64,000 nt of DNA from Calcarisporiella thermophila CBS 279.70. Its lineage: Eukaryota > Fungi > Calcarisporiellomycota. Shown here one piece after another: positions 63,026 to 64,000 of the stretch. How positions within the stretch are numbered: the stretch's first letter is position 1; each line of letters opens with the position of its first letter. The notes under the pieces are model-generated. The model was not told where the DNA came from. It searched no databases and worked only from the letters and a program-made list of their open reading frames with translations. Made by a program: the position numbers and the translations under genes. The stretch spans positions 467,374 through 531,373 of the forward strand of contig NW_027192207.1 of NCBI RefSeq assembly GCF_041956535.1, given 5' to 3'.

Positions 63026-64000
63026 ATGCTTTCCACCCAAGCATCCAGTTCGACCTCGTCTGCATGGTAAATCTCTCACCTCTTCCCCCTCTTCTCTGTG
63101 AAATTTCAATGAAGGATGGAAACCTAACCCCTTCCCCCCGTTTTGAATTGGAAGGATCACGAATTCCAGCGAGGCCATCGAGATCCAGTTCCTTCCCGCT
63201 CAAGATCCTGAGGAGCAGGAGAGCTTCCATCCGGAATTTACCTACCCCATCTTTGGGACGCATGAGCAGATCTACGGCTACAAGGACCTGCGCATTCAGC
63301 TGCTCTACGCATGCGGCTCCCTCACGACCTATCTCTCCATCGACCACTCCGCCGTCGCTGGCTCGAATGCGGACGATGTCATCGGAACCCTAAAGAAATT
63401 CATGCCCGATGATTTCCTGACGAACCGGGACGTGTTCGAGGAGAGAGTGCAGAAGGAAGCCAAGGAATTCCGGCCGATGGGCGAGAAGATCGCAGAGTAT
63501 CGGGTGAGCGAGGACGGCGGCGACGATCGGGTGTACGAGATATTCAAGGCGAGCTTTGTGACGCCTCGCTTCAAGGCGTACCACCGGCGGCTCCAGATAT
63601 TCATGCTCTTGTTTGTGGAGGGGGCGAGCTACATCGATGAGGAGGATGAGCGATGGGAGATCGCGCTAGTGTGAGGATCGCAGGGCATTCCCACTCGCAT
63701 TTGCCCCCGCCCCTATTGACTGTATTCGTGTTTGGCTTAGGTTCGAGAGGTCCGGGGGCGGCAGCGAGCCGCTGTACCGGATTGTCGGCTACGCTACCAT
63801 GTACCCCTATTTCCACTATCCGGACAAGCTGCGCATGCGCATCAGCCAATTTCTGATCCTGCCCCCATTCTCGAACAAGGGTCACGGGAACCGGCTGTAC
63901 CAGACCCTGTACCAAGAGTTCCTGTCGCGCGAGCAGATAGTCGAGATCACGGGTGAGTGGTGTGTTAGGCTGCTGCGGCGCCTCTCCCTCCCTATCAGCC
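63026..64000 (+). CDS. HAT1: Histone acetyltransferase type B catalytic subunit; 5' part only, runs off the window
   Basis: W|ITNSSEAIEI, FHPEFTYPIFGTHEQIYGYKDL, YHRRLQIFMLLFVEGASYID, RMRISQFLILPPFSNKGHG. Probable 5'-UTR intron at ~62922-63006. Confidence 0.95.

Noticed and set aside
1-64000. tRNA, rRNA, snRNA, riboswitch, transposon, CRISPR array or U12-type introns
   Set aside because: No signature seen by eye. An Infernal, tRNAscan and repeat-library run is needed to exclude them properly.

Overview
This is intron-rich eukaryotic DNA from a fungus, with GT-AG introns, CTAAC/CTGAC-type branch points and many homopolymer runs. The gene content points to an early-diverging (Zoopagomycota/Mucoromycota-like) lineage, but that placement is inference. 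I can support about 25 protein-coding genes. Most are housekeeping or signalling genes: Opy2-like anchor, RCC2-like+PHD, PAB2/PABPN1, a GPCR, GNA1, importin-beta3/PSE1, SLC35F, bestrophin, DCAF7, SEC14, JSN1/PUF, F-BAR-RhoGAP, PP2C, SPO7, NoxR and a partial HAT1. The most interesting signal is a set of secreted or surface proteins rich in metal ligands. (1) A tandem pair of type-1-copper cupredoxins, one GPI-anchored on a Met-rich 34-aa repeat stalk and one soluble, both with an unpaired KKCKAKK cysteine. (2) A nearby GPI protein with a His-rich mature N-terminus. (3) A Kex2-type precursor carrying about 40 His in about 58 residues. (4) Two unrelated secreted CX3C-Xn-CX3C hairpin peptides. Two probable pseudogenes are hidden from the ORF track: a fungal transcription factor lacking its zinc cluster, and a decayed PP1 glycogen-targeting (CBM21) subunit whose PP1-docking part survives as an open small ORF. 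No tRNA, rRNA, snRNA, transposon or CRISPR array was recognised. Exon boundaries were read by eye and family calls are from motif recognition, with no database search.
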